Shown here: positions 44,462 through 53,875 of the stretch, piece by piece
Numbering within the stretch: the stretch's first letter is position 1
Layout of the letters: every line of letters begins with the position of its first letter
From: a virus
Direction: 5' to 3' (one strand)
IMG/VR virus record: IMGVR_UViG_3300044949_001773
Location: 1-64,000 of that record
DNA length: 64,000 nt
The notes under the pieces: model-generated
Told to the model about the DNA's origin: nothing
Databases searched by the model: none
Seen by the model: only the letters and a program-made list of their open reading frames with translations
Translations under genes and position numbers: made by a program

Positions 44462-45766
44462 ATGTCTAAGCAAATTGTAAATATTGGCTCAGCTCCAAAT
44501 GATGGAACAGGAGACTCTATAAGAGTCGGAATGAATAAAATTAATTTAAATTTTAATGAGATTTATTCCGCTATTGGTAATGGAACAAATGTAAGTGATA
44601 TTCAAATATCTAATGCCTCTGCTTCTGGAAATGGGTCAATAGGATATGCGAATAGAACTCTTACGTTTACGCCGCCGGATTTATCTGGTTATTTGACATC
44701 TGTTCAAGCATCTAATTTAAATTCTATTTCTATTAATGCTTTATCTGACGTTGATACTGTTTCAAGTGCTCCATCTAATGGTCAGGCACTGGTATGGAGT
44801 ACAAATAAATGGGTTCCTCAAACTATTTCATCTGGTGGTGGGTCTGGAATTGGTATCAGCTATAGTGATTTAAGTGTAAGTTATTCTGCGGCTTCAGGAG
44901 TAGGTACACTTACATATAATAATACTAATGGAACCTTTACCTTTGCTCCTGCTGATTTCTCTGGATATTTAACTGGCATTGGGACAATTAGTGGGCATAC
45001 TGATGTTCAGGTAAGCAATCCTCAAGTTGGTGAAGTATTAAAGTGGGACGGGGTTAATTGGGTTAATGGCACAGATTCTACCGGAACAGGAGGGGGAGGT
45101 GGAATTGCGGGAGTAACAGTTTTAGATAGTGGTAGTAGTGTAGGAACTTCTGCAACTTTTGATTTTGGATCTAATTTGACTGCTACTCTGTCAAGTGGAA
45201 CTGTGACAATTAATGCTACAGATACAAATACTACTTACAGTCAATCTGCAGTTTCTTCTGGATCAAATGTCAATCTAAGATTGTCTGGTTCTGATTCGGT
45301 AAATGATGACATTTTAGTTACCGCCGGAACTAATATTTCAATCAGTAATGTAACTGCTGCTGGATTTACTGTAAATTCTTCGGCATATTCAAGAACAACA
45401 GGAAATGCTACGACAGCATCTATTGGTGTTGGTCAGGCTGCTGATTTGGCAATTAGTGCTGCTAAGACTTACGTGTTGTATTCTGTTCAAACTAATTATC
45501 CTGCTTGGGTCACATTATATGTTGATACTGCTAGCAGAACTGCTGATGCAAGTAGATTAGAAAATACAGATCCGCTTCCTGGTTCTGGAGTAATTGCTGA
45601 AGTTATTACTACTTCTGGTAATTTAACACAATTAATTACTCCAGGAACTATTGGATTTAATAATGATGGAACACCATCAGCTAATGTTTATGCCAAAGTT
45701 GTTAATAAAGATTCTCAATCTAGAGCAATTCAAGTGACTCTTAAGTACCTTAAGTTAGAGGACTGA
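44462..45766 (+). CDS. Tail fibre/baseplate-associated protein
   Basis: NIGSAPNDGTGDSIR..KIN.NF.EIY N-terminus; LSDVD..NGQAL.W fibre repeats; Ser/Thr/Gly-rich. Confidence 0.8.
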   Translation: MSKQIVNIGSAPNDGTGDSIRVGMNKINLNFNEIYSAIGNGTNVSDIQISNASASGNGSIGYANRTLTFTPPDLSGYLTSVQASNLNSISINALSDVDTVSSAPSNGQALVWSTNKWVPQTISSGGGSGIGISYSDLSVSYSAASGVGTLTYNNTNGTFTFAPADFSGYLTGIGTISGHTDVQVSNPQVGEVLKWDGVNWVNGTDSTGTGGGGGIAGVTVLDSGSSVGTSATFDFGSNLTATLSSGTVTINATDTNTTYSQSAVSSGSNVNLRLSGSDSVNDDILVTAGTNISISNVTAAGFTVNSSAYSRTTGNATTASIGVGQAADLAISAAKTYVLYSVQTNYPAWVTLYVDTASRTADASRLENTDPLPGSGVIAEVITTSGNLTQLITPGTIGFNNDGTPSANVYAKVVNKDSQSRAIQVTLKYLKLED

Positions 45767-45769
45767 TAA

Positions 45770-47554
45770 ATGTCAGAACTTAAAGAATATATTGTAACTC
45801 TTCATCGTCATGAAGACCTTGAAGGTTTTTATGAGGACATGGAGACTCCTGGTGGAAATCTGTACATTCCCGATAGAGAAGTAGAAATTCGTGCTAGAAG
45901 AGAAACGAGTAGAAACACTCATTATATGCTTAGTGAAGATGAGGTAATGATTCTTAGAGAGGATCCAAGAGTTTGGGATGTTGAATATTTTGACCAATTT
46001 GAAAAGAGAAATTTTCAACCTTTTAGAGACATAACCTCAACACAATGGAGTAAAGTATGGGAAACTCATACTGAAGGTGATATAAACTGGGCACTTTTGA
46101 GATGTACAGAAGGGACAAATAGATCAAACTGGGGAAGTGATGGAACAACTACTGTTTCTGGCACTGCAGTTTTAACTAGCACTGGAAAAAATGTTGATGT
46201 TGTTATTTTGGATACTGGCCACGGCGATCCAAATAGTCCAGAATTTGCTGTAAATACTGATGGAACTGGAGGAAGTAGATATGTACAGTACAATTGGTTT
46301 CAACATGCTTCCAATGCTACTGGAGGTATAAAAGCAAATCAAACTTATACGTATCCAACTAATACGACTACTGGGTCTAGTTTATATAACTTCAATGAGG
46401 CAACAGCTTTAGACCATAATCATGCGTATCATGTAACAGGAACAGCGTGTGGAAATACTTTAGGATGGGCAAGAGATTCTAATATATATGGATTTGATAT
46501 AAATGGTATTTTTGGTGATGGTAGTTATGTTCAAGCTTACATATTTGATTTTATAAAGCAATTTCATATTAATAAGTCAATAAATCCTGATACTGGAATA
46601 AAAAATCCAACTATAGTAAATTGTAGTTTTGGTGATTTTTATAACGTTCCTGTAGCATCTATTACATCAATTAATTATAGAGGTGCTACATACAGTGCTT
46701 CTACTTATGGATCTGATGCTGGTAAGTTTACTAAAGAAGATTTAGAAAAATACGGTATTGTAAGATTTCAAGGAACAACTACTGCAAATATTTTGAAAGT
46801 ATCTGCGTCACATTCTGCTGATATTTTAGATTGTATTAATGCTGGTGTAATTTTTGTCGGTGCTTCTGGAAACGATTATTATAAAATTGATGTAAGCACT
46901 GGTATTGATTATAATAACTATGTAACTTGGAATGGTGTTAATTATTATTATCACAGAGGATCTTTTGGGGCTGCTCATAATTGTGTTTGTGTATCAAATG
47001 TCGCAAATCAAGTAAGTCAAGAAAGGGCGCATAGAATTCAAACTGGACCGAGAATAGATGTTTTTGCTCCCGGTGTAGCAATTATGTCCACCGTTCATAC
47101 TGAATTATATTATTATGATGGAGTCACTCCTCCAGATGGATTTGTTACTTATGGAACGACAAATGACACTAGACCAAATGGTAAAAAATTAGCCAAGTGG
47201 TCCTTTACCGGTGAGGGTGCAACAAGTATGTCAACCCCCCAAGTTACTGGAGTTTTGGCATGTTTATTGGAACATTATCCAAGAATGACGCAACAAGATT
47301 GTAAAGATTGGATTATTAATAATGCTAAATTAAATCAAATAGGTGGGATTACTGCTGATGCCGCTGATCCTATTTACACCACTCCTGGCAACCCTAACGT
47401 AAATTGGTTAGATGATGAATCTTTATATGGGGCGGAAAATAGATACTTATATTATAAAAAGCAAAGAGAAACTCAAGGATATGTAACTGCTCAACTTACT
47501 AATAATGTAAGAAAAACATCAGGTATGATGTTCCCCAGAAGAAGACATATTTGA
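45770..47554 (+). CDS. Subtilisin-like (S8) serine protease, probably virion-associated
   Basis: VVILDTG (D), HAYHVTGT (H), ASGND (N) and TSMSTPQVTG (S). Confidence 0.88.
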   Translation: MSELKEYIVTLHRHEDLEGFYEDMETPGGNLYIPDREVEIRARRETSRNTHYMLSEDEVMILREDPRVWDVEYFDQFEKRNFQPFRDITSTQWSKVWETHTEGDINWALLRCTEGTNRSNWGSDGTTTVSGTAVLTSTGKNVDVVILDTGHGDPNSPEFAVNTDGTGGSRYVQYNWFQHASNATGGIKANQTYTYPTNTTTGSSLYNFNEATALDHNHAYHVTGTACGNTLGWARDSNIYGFDINGIFGDGSYVQAYIFDFIKQFHINKSINPDTGIKNPTIVNCSFGDFYNVPVASITSINYRGATYSASTYGSDAGKFTKEDLEKYGIVRFQGTTTANILKVSASHSADILDCINAGVIFVGASGNDYYKIDVSTGIDYNNYVTWNGVNYYYHRGSFGAAHNCVCVSNVANQVSQERAHRIQTGPRIDVFAPGVAIMSTVHTELYYYDGVTPPDGFVTYGTTNDTRPNGKKLAKWSFTGEGATSMSTPQVTGVLACLLEHYPRMTQQDCKDWIINNAKLNQIGGITADAADPIYTTPGNPNVNWLDDESLYGAENRYLYYKKQRETQGYVTAQLTNNVRKTSGMMFPRRRHI

Positions 47555-47576
47555 ATTTCTGATCAGTGATTTTTCA

Positions 47577-47638
47577 GAGCCCCCTTGACAGGGGGCTTTT
47601 TTAGTGCTATTATAAATAGGTAAACAAATGTTACGAAA
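47577..47638 (+). promoter_or_regulatory. Terminator overlapping dual sigma70 and late psbA promoters, plus an HLR1-like site
   Basis: agccccct/agggggct hairpin containing TTGACA; TTGACA-17-TATTAT; TATAAATA at 47611; gtaaacaaatgttacgaa. Confidence 0.65.
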
Positions 47639-47657
47639 TCAACATATTTCTTAACAT

Positions 47658-47737
47658 TTACCCTCTTCCTAACCGAGACCTATGGGGAGGTAAAACACAG
47701 TCTCTCATACCCACACTGGAGGGTGGTGTGGGATATA
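47658..47737 (+). ncRNA. PhotoRC-II RNA motif
   Basis: Hairpin with gagac loop pairing to downstream gtctc; second hairpin cccacac/gtgtggg; in the psbA leader. Confidence 0.75.
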
Positions 47738-47784
47738 ATGTACTCGTTCAGTTCCCCCTGAGCATTACTTACCCTTTAACGAAA

Positions 47785-49125
47785 ATGACTGCTTCTATTG
47801 CTTCACGCCGTTCTGGCGAAAACCTCTGGGAACAATTCTGTTCCTGGATAACTTCAACTGATAACCGTCTTTATGTCGGTTGGTTCGGAGTCCTTATGAT
47901 TCCTTGTTTGCTTGCTGCAACAACATGTTTCATTATCGCATTCATCGGTGCTCCTCCTGTGGACATTGATGGCATTCGTGAACCCGTTGCTGGTTCACTT
48001 ATGTACGGAAATAACATCATCTCTGGTGCTGTTGTTCCTTCGTCCAACGCAATTGGACTGCACTTTTATCCTATCTGGGAAGCCGCCTCTCTGGATGAGT
48101 GGCTCTACAACGGTGGTCCTTTCCAACTGGTTGTGTTCCACTTCCTGATTGGTATCTATGCTTACATGGGTCGTGAGTGGGAACTTTCCTACCGCCTAGG
48201 TATGCGTCCTTGGATCTGTGTTGCTTACAGCGCACCTGTTGCTGCTGCTTCTGCTGTATTCCTGGTCTATCCTTTCGGTCAAGGTTCTTTCTCTGATGCG
48301 ATGCCTCTGGGTATTTCTGGTACGTTCAACTATATGCTTGTGTTCCAGGCAGAGCACAATATCCTGATGCACCCCTTCCATATGCTTGGAGTTGCTGGTG
48401 TGTTCGGTGGATCTCTTGCATCAGCCATGCATGGATCTCTCGTGACTTCTTCTTTGGTTCGTGAAACAACCGAAAACGAAAGTCAAAATTACGGATACAA
48501 GTTCGGTCAAGAAGAAGAGACTTATAACATCGTTGCTGCTCACGGTTATTTCGGTCGCCTTATTTTCCAATATGCTTCCTTTAATAACTCACGTTCACTG
48601 CACTTCTTCCTTGCTGCATGGCCCGTTGTAGGCATCTGGTTCACTGCTCTTGGTGTTTCTACGATGGCTTTTAATCTCAATGGTTTTAATTTCAATCAGA
48701 GCATTATGAGTTCTGAAGGTAAAGTTATTAACACTTGGGCTGATGTTCTGAACCGTGCTGGTCTCGGCATGGAAGTGATGCACGAAAGGAACGCTAGATT
48801 TGTTGGTGTTCTTGCCTAGTAATAGGCATTAGTAAAATCGGGTTAAACGGGGAAACTCTCTATGAGACAATCCCGTACCAAGTCAGAAAGGGTTTAAGTT
48901 TTCTGAAAGGTCTAACGACTAGGTGGTGAGTCCCAACAATAATCCACCCACGAATGCCCGACTCCTTAATAAACATAAGGATGAAGAGATAGTCTGAACT
49001 TACTGGCGACAGTAAGAAGTAAAGAATAAAGAGTCTTTACGGTAACATAATTGCACAATTTCCCTCTTGACCTTGCTAGCGTAGAAGCAACTCCTGTTGC
49101 TCTTACTGCTCCTACAATTGGTTAA
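47785..49125 (+). CDS. psbA: Photosystem II D1 protein, join(47785..48795,49054..49125)
   Basis: Full D1 sequence; exon 1 ends HERNA; exon 2 encodes [23 protein letters not shown]. Confidence 0.97.
48796..49053 (+). mobile_element. Group I intron (258 nt, no ORF) in psbA
   Basis: Exon ends in U and intron ends in G; P1 aggaacgcu/ggugUUCUU with U.G at the splice site; core motifs aacgacta and aagagatagtct. Confidence 0.93.
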
Positions 49126-49139
49126 GATGTGATATAATT

Positions 49140-49171
49140 AAGAGACCTTCGGGTCTCTTTTTTTATAAATA
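49140..49171 (+). terminator. Terminator followed by late promoter
   Basis: aagagacc-ttcg-ggtctctt plus U tract; TATAAATA at 49164-49171. Confidence 0.8.
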
Positions 49172-49184
49172 GTTATGGAAAGTT

Positions 49185-49775
49185 ATGAGCAACCTTATGG
49201 ACTTGCATAATCTGGTAATAACTGAATGTAAAAGAAGAGGGTTGGAATTAATCCACCTACCAGAAAAACTTGTTCGTCGTTCTACTGATGTGATTGTAAG
49301 ATGCCCTTGTACGGGTCAACGAAATATGAGTATAAGAAACTTTATTGTTACTTATGAGAAAGGTGGAGAGGCATTCTGCTGTAAGAGAAAATCAAAAGTT
49401 GGAAAAAATAATCCTGCATTTGGAAAACCAACTTGGAATGCTGGAACTGTTGGTGTATCAAAGAGTTATGGATTTTTTGGTTTTAAAGAAGAATGGTCTG
49501 ATAGAGAAGATTACTTATACTTTATTGAGACCATTTATGGAACTTATAAGATAGGAAGGTCTTTTCACGGAATAAAATATCGTTTTACAGAAACTATAAA
49601 GGAACTTGGTGAATGGAAAGCAACTCATAAAGAAGTATTTGATTGTGAGAGATATATTTTGGATACATATAAGCAGTATCAAAAAAAGATTGATGGTATA
49701 ATTGGTGGGTCTGAACATTTCACAAAAGAACTACCAATAAAAGAAATTATAGAATATGCAAATAGTTGTTTGTAG
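49185..49775 (+). CDS. Putative free-standing homing endonuclease (Cys-rich + NUMOD3-like + GIY-YIG/T5orf172-like)
   Basis: CPC..CC, GKNNPAFGK and YLYFIE..YKIGRS..R..E..EHF. Confidence 0.65.
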   Translation: MSNLMDLHNLVITECKRRGLELIHLPEKLVRRSTDVIVRCPCTGQRNMSIRNFIVTYEKGGEAFCCKRKSKVGKNNPAFGKPTWNAGTVGVSKSYGFFGFKEEWSDREDYLYFIETIYGTYKIGRSFHGIKYRFTETIKELGEWKATHKEVFDCERYILDTYKQYQKKIDGIIGGSEHFTKELPIKEIIEYANSCL

Positions 49776-49937
49776 TAAAACCAATGTCTCATAATAATCA
49801 ACACGAACCTATGCCGAACTGGGTGATCTGGGCAGGCGTAGGTATGATGGTATTCACAGTTCTTGTGTTTGTTTTATTCACTCTTGGAGTAATTTATGGA
49901 TAAGTGAAAGATAAATAATCAAAAAGTATTAATATAA

Positions 49938-50282
49938 ATGAAGACATTTAACCAATTTATATTAGAATCTAAGTCTAGAAATTATCAACACTCTGGGGAT
50001 GATTCATATAGGTCAATGCATGATCCAGAAAGTGGAGTGACATTTAATAGTTTCAAAGGGGATAATAATACTCATCATGTTTCATTTGATTCTGATGAAA
50101 CTAAAGATCCAAAAACAAGAAGAAGAAATGCTTTAAGAGCAAGAGAAATGGGAAAAGAATTTATTAAACAGCACCCAAAAGGATCTACTATAGAAGTCAG
50201 TCCTAATAGTGAAAAATTGAGGAAAATTTATGTCAAGCATGGATTTTCTGATACTCGTCCTTTCATGAGATTACAGAGATAA
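49938..50282 (+). CDS. Hypothetical protein with a capsid-targeting-like leader
   Basis: MKTFNQFILE; ATAAATA at 49911. Confidence 0.7.
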   Translation: MKTFNQFILESKSRNYQHSGDDSYRSMHDPESGVTFNSFKGDNNTHHVSFDSDETKDPKTRRRNALRAREMGKEFIKQHPKGSTIEVSPNSEKLRKIYVKHGFSDTRPFMRLQR

Positions 50283-50463
50283 AATGCTATTAATTCTCAC
50301 ATTCTTCATAATCTTCGGTTTCTTTATGTTTATAATGTCCATAACACAAGATCTATGATATCGTCCACAACTCCATATAAACTGGCAGAAATTATTCGTG
50401 ATACTTGGCCTGGTCTTTACAATCCACTAAAACCATCTTATAATAACCAAAAGGACACTCATA

Positions 50464-50736
50464 ATGAACGAATATTGGATAGTAAAAAGCCATAAAACTG
50501 GAAGAGTTATTGCACATTGCGGTGATATCAATGATGCTATTATGATGGTAAGTTTTGACCCTCATAATAGATCTTATAGTCGTCACCGTTTTCTTAGTGA
50601 CCAAGTGATTGATGTTTTTTCTACAACAGATAAACAACTTCCCGGTCAAATTGGATTACCTTCTGGAAAAATAGAACAACTTAATTCCTATATGGAAAAA
50701 CTTCCTGAAGGTGTTGGTGATCCAATAATAGTATGA
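50464..50736 (+). CDS. Hypothetical protein
   Basis: 90-aa ORF. Confidence 0.6.
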   Translation: MNEYWIVKSHKTGRVIAHCGDINDAIMMVSFDPHNRSYSRHRFLSDQVIDVFSTTDKQLPGQIGLPSGKIEQLNSYMEKLPEGVGDPIIV

Positions 50737-50930
50737 ATCATAGAAAACATAAGCAAGCGAGAAATCAAAAGAAGAAAAAGATGTATACTCCCGAGGGATA
50801 TCTTCTAGATCCTCCAGATGCCGTTTGTCCACATTGTGGAAAAAAGAATAAACCTTGTTCTTATGTAAATAGTTTAAGTCGTTCTTGGGCGAGAAATGCT
50901 TGTGCTAAAAAGAATTCAAAACTTTCTTGA
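50733..50930 (+). CDS. Small basic Cys-containing protein
   Basis: CPHC..C..C; ATGA overlap. Confidence 0.55.
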   Translation: MNHRKHKQARNQKKKKMYTPEGYLLDPPDAVCPHCGKKNKPCSYVNSLSRSWARNACAKKNSKLS

Positions 50931-51041
50931 AAGAGATCAAGACATTACAGTGTATGATGAGTGGCATTATATTTACATCACTATAAAAGAACTCATTAAA
51001 ATCTTAATCACTAAATAAAAACAATAACAATTTATTTTTAT

Positions 51042-51278
51042 ATGAAATTTACAATTTATTCAAAGGATGGATGTCCGTATTGCACTAAAGTTCAACAAGT
51101 GCTAGAATTGACAGAACTTCAGCATGTAGTCTATAAACTTGGCGTTGATTTTACCCGTGAAGAATTTTATTCTGAATTTGGACAAGGATCAACATTCCCT
51201 CAAGTTATTGTAGATGAAAAACATATTGGAGGATGTACGGATACGGTTCAATATCTCAAGGAGCAGAATCTAGTTTAA
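51042..51278 (+). CDS. nrdC: Glutaredoxin
   Basis: CPYC, TFPQV and IGGCTD. Confidence 0.95.
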   Translation: MKFTIYSKDGCPYCTKVQQVLELTELQHVVYKLGVDFTREEFYSEFGQGSTFPQVIVDEKHIGGCTDTVQYLKEQNLV

Positions 51279-51643
51279 TGGACAATAATTTCTACGAGGT
51301 CTATTACGATGTTGAGCGAGCAATTGATTTGGCATTTGATGGACATTTTGTTCTAAAATTTTATGATTATCTGAAGATCAAAAATGCCAAAAAGAAAGAA
51401 GTTGATGAGTTTATTGAAAGTAAAACTGCCGAAAATATCAATAATGTAGTATTGGATCTTGAAGAATATTTAAAAGGAGGATCTGACGAAGAGCATAAAC
51501 AGTTAAGGGAAGCCTATGGATTTGTATCAAAACCAGAAGCCAGAAAAATAAAAAATTATCTTTTTAATATTTTACAAGATGCGTCGAGATATAGTAAAGA
51601 AAAAAGACCGGGAAGAAAACCCAAACAGGTTTCAAATAAATAA
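51278..51643 (+). CDS. Conserved cyanophage hypothetical protein
   Basis: HKQLREAYG..KPEARKIKNYL. Confidence 0.75.
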   Translation: MDNNFYEVYYDVERAIDLAFDGHFVLKFYDYLKIKNAKKKEVDEFIESKTAENINNVVLDLEEYLKGGSDEEHKQLREAYGFVSKPEARKIKNYLFNILQDASRYSKEKRPGRKPKQVSNK

Positions 51644-51803
51644 AGGTGTGGAGTTAATGCTCCGAAATAAAAATAAAAAGGGAGAAGAACAGCAAACCAA
51701 CTTTAAAGTTGAATTTGGAAAAATGATCTCTCTTTTTAAATGGGAGTTTCATTTTCTGTTTAATTTTTCAATATTAAACAAATAAACTCTCGGAGGTAAT
51801 CTC

Positions 51804-52034
51804 ATGGAATCTGCTTTTATGGTCTCATTTGCTATAATGCTCACTATACTATTTTTTTTAGTTGGTGGAGTTATTGGTTGGTTAGCTAATAGGCATCTTA
51901 TAGAAACATCTCCAAAGTTTATGCATCCTGAATTTATGGATGAGAATGGGAATATAATTCCTGACGAAATACTTGCTGTACGATTCGAAAATGACTATGA
52001 CGACTACGACTACGAAAACGAAGAAGAAGACTGA
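51804..52034 (+). CDS. Small membrane protein
   Basis: SD ggagg; TM followed by HPEFMDENGNIIPDEILAVRFEN. Confidence 0.75.
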   Translation: MESAFMVSFAIMLTILFFLVGGVIGWLANRHLIETSPKFMHPEFMDENGNIIPDEILAVRFENDYDDYDYENEEED

Positions 52035-52590
52035 TACTGTAAATGATCAAATAACGATCCCGGATCTTCCTCCAAATCCTTTTATCTTTGAAGTATTGGA
52101 GCTTGCATCTAAGCAAAGAACAAATACTAAAAAAGTTGAGGTTCTTAAAAAATACGAAGATCCTTCTATTAAATCAATTTTTATCTGGAATTTTGATGAA
52201 AGTGTAATTACTTTACTTCCACCTGGAGATGTTCCTTATGCTTCTACTGATGAGCAGACTTCTTACAGTGGGACTTTAAGTGAAAAAATTAATGATGCTG
52301 TTTCTAAGATGAGTGAACTTAGAAGCAGTTCTTTGGGATCTTCTGATCAAGGAAGATCATCTATTAGATCAGAATACAGAATGTTTTATAATTTTATAAA
52401 AGGTGGTAATGATACTCTTAGTTCTTTAAGAAGAGAGACTATGTTTATCAACATTCTTCAAGGACTTCATCCTAAAGAAGCGGAGATTTTAGTTCTTGTG
52501 AAAGATAAAAGGTTGACGGATAAGTATAAAATTTCTTTTGAGATTGTAAAGGAATCCTATCCAGATATTACTTGGGGAAACCGTTCATGA
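51991..52590 (+). CDS. Conserved T4-like hypothetical protein
   Basis: WNFDESV..LPPG.VPY and RRETMFINILQGLHPKEAE. Confidence 0.8.
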   Translation: MTMTTTTTKTKKKTDTVNDQITIPDLPPNPFIFEVLELASKQRTNTKKVEVLKKYEDPSIKSIFIWNFDESVITLLPPGDVPYASTDEQTSYSGTLSEKINDAVSKMSELRSSSLGSSDQGRSSIRSEYRMFYNFIKGGNDTLSSLRRETMFINILQGLHPKEAEILVLVKDKRLTDKYKISFEIVKESYPDITWGNRS

Positions 52591-52922
52591 GTGTTGTTCT
52601 GGAGAAACCTATGGCGAAATATGATGGACCAAAAATCAATCCAACTCCTTCGGAGTATGGATGTGAGGTCCTTTTAGAAAAAACTACTTTAGATAAAGTA
52701 AAAGATCCATCATACCCCAAAGATGCTCATATTGTAAAATATGTAGTAAATAACGAAGAACATATGGATCTTTGTAGAAGTGGTAAGATGGTCAATATAT
52801 TTGATTTCTACTACGATAAGTATGGACCAAACTCTGTCCGAAGTATTGAATGGGGATATGGAAAACTAAATCCAAAATTATGGGGGTATAAAGCTCCTAG
52901 TAGCAAGGGGAGAAAAAAGTGA
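52587..52922 (+). CDS. Hypothetical protein
   Basis: IFDFYYDKY..WGYGKLNPKLWG. Confidence 0.7.
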   Translation: MSVVLEKPMAKYDGPKINPTPSEYGCEVLLEKTTLDKVKDPSYPKDAHIVKYVVNNEEHMDLCRSGKMVNIFDFYYDKYGPNSVRSIEWGYGKLNPKLWGYKAPSSKGRKK

Positions 52923-53137
52923 ATAAGGGATTTGGTAAAAACAAAAAAAAATTTAAAAATCTGGAAAATATAAACGATGAGCTTTCTGTTGTAAAAGTAA
53001 ATTACAATGAAGTAGATGTTATACTAAAGAAATATAAAAAATTAAGAAAGTATATGAATACTTCTATTTTTGAAATAAAAACCATGGACGGAACTGAAAC
53101 TATTATAAATGATTTATTAGCTGAAAATAATGACTAA
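52919..53137 (+). CDS. Hypothetical protein
   Basis: GTGA overlap with SD aaggggag. Confidence 0.6.
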   Translation: MNKGFGKNKKKFKNLENINDELSVVKVNYNEVDVILKKYKKLRKYMNTSIFEIKTMDGTETIINDLLAENND

Positions 53138-53464
53138 ATGGGAAAACATTATCTTTTAAACCTTTACGGTTGTTCTTTTGTTCTTTTAAACGACGAAAAA
53201 GCTTTAATAGATTTGCTTGAAAATGCAGCAATAGCTAGTGGAGCAAATGTGATTCAAACAATCTCAAAAAAGTTTGATCCTCAGGGAGTTACTGTAATTT
53301 GCTTATTGTCAGAAAGTCATATAAGCATTCATACTTGGCCTGAAGATGGAAAAGCCGCTGTAGATGTATATACCTGCGGTGATTGTAATCCAAAAATTGG
53401 ATGTGATATGATTATCCATCAACTTTACGCTCAAAATCACACTTTAAGTTATATTGAAAGGTGA
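53138..53464 (+). CDS. speD: S-adenosylmethionine decarboxylase proenzyme
   Basis: MGKHYLL, KFDPQGVT, LSESHISIHTWPE and DVYTCG. Confidence 0.96.
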   Translation: MGKHYLLNLYGCSFVLLNDEKALIDLLENAAIASGANVIQTISKKFDPQGVTVICLLSESHISIHTWPEDGKAAVDVYTCGDCNPKIGCDMIIHQLYAQNHTLSYIER

Positions 53465-53494
53465 ATGCTAAATAATCTTATCTGGAGAACACAT

Positions 53495-53812
53495 ATGCTT
53501 TCTACACAATATAGACTTCGCCTTGAGGAAATTTGCGATAAAATTTCAAAAGGAGAATCTGTTGAACTAAGCGATATGATTTGGGTAGAAAAACTCGCAA
53601 AAGCAAATAGATCTGCCGCTACTATTTTGAGACAGGCAAGACGAAGAGCTTCTAATCCTAATATGCAAGAGGGTAGCCTGGATCATTTTATGAACGCCTT
53701 AGATCTTGGTGATCCGGATCCATCTAATCATAAGACTGGATTTCAAGGTCCTGATGATATTTTAGATTTCTTTACCCAAGATAAGCCGGACGATTGGAGA
53801 CAAAGAGATTAA
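53495..53812 (+). CDS. Conserved cyanophage hypothetical protein
   Basis: MLSTQYRLRLE..., LGDPDPSNH and DWRQRD. Confidence 0.75.
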   Translation: MLSTQYRLRLEEICDKISKGESVELSDMIWVEKLAKANRSAATILRQARRRASNPNMQEGSLDHFMNALDLGDPDPSNHKTGFQGPDDILDFFTQDKPDDWRQRD

Positions 53813-53816
53813 AATT

Positions 53817-53830
53817 GTAACAAAAGTTAC
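53817..53830 (+). promoter_or_regulatory. NtcA-type binding site
   Basis: GTA-acaaaagt-TAC (GTA-N8-TAC) upstream of TTGACT-18-TATAGT. Confidence 0.65.
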
Positions 53831-53875
53831 AAAAGTACTTGACTATATAATCTGAATGGGTCTATAGTGACCTCA

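Noticed and set aside
47728-48819. psbA as a single truncated or pseudogenised ORF from GTG 47728
   Set aside because: The true start is ATG 47785. The missing C-terminus is present as exon 2 after a group I intron.
52913-52922. Second in-frame A_AAA_AAG before a stop, with the next ORF in the -1 frame
   Set aside because: The next ORF has its own GTG and a good SD (aaggggag), and I see no stimulatory stem. An ordinary GTGA overlap explains it.
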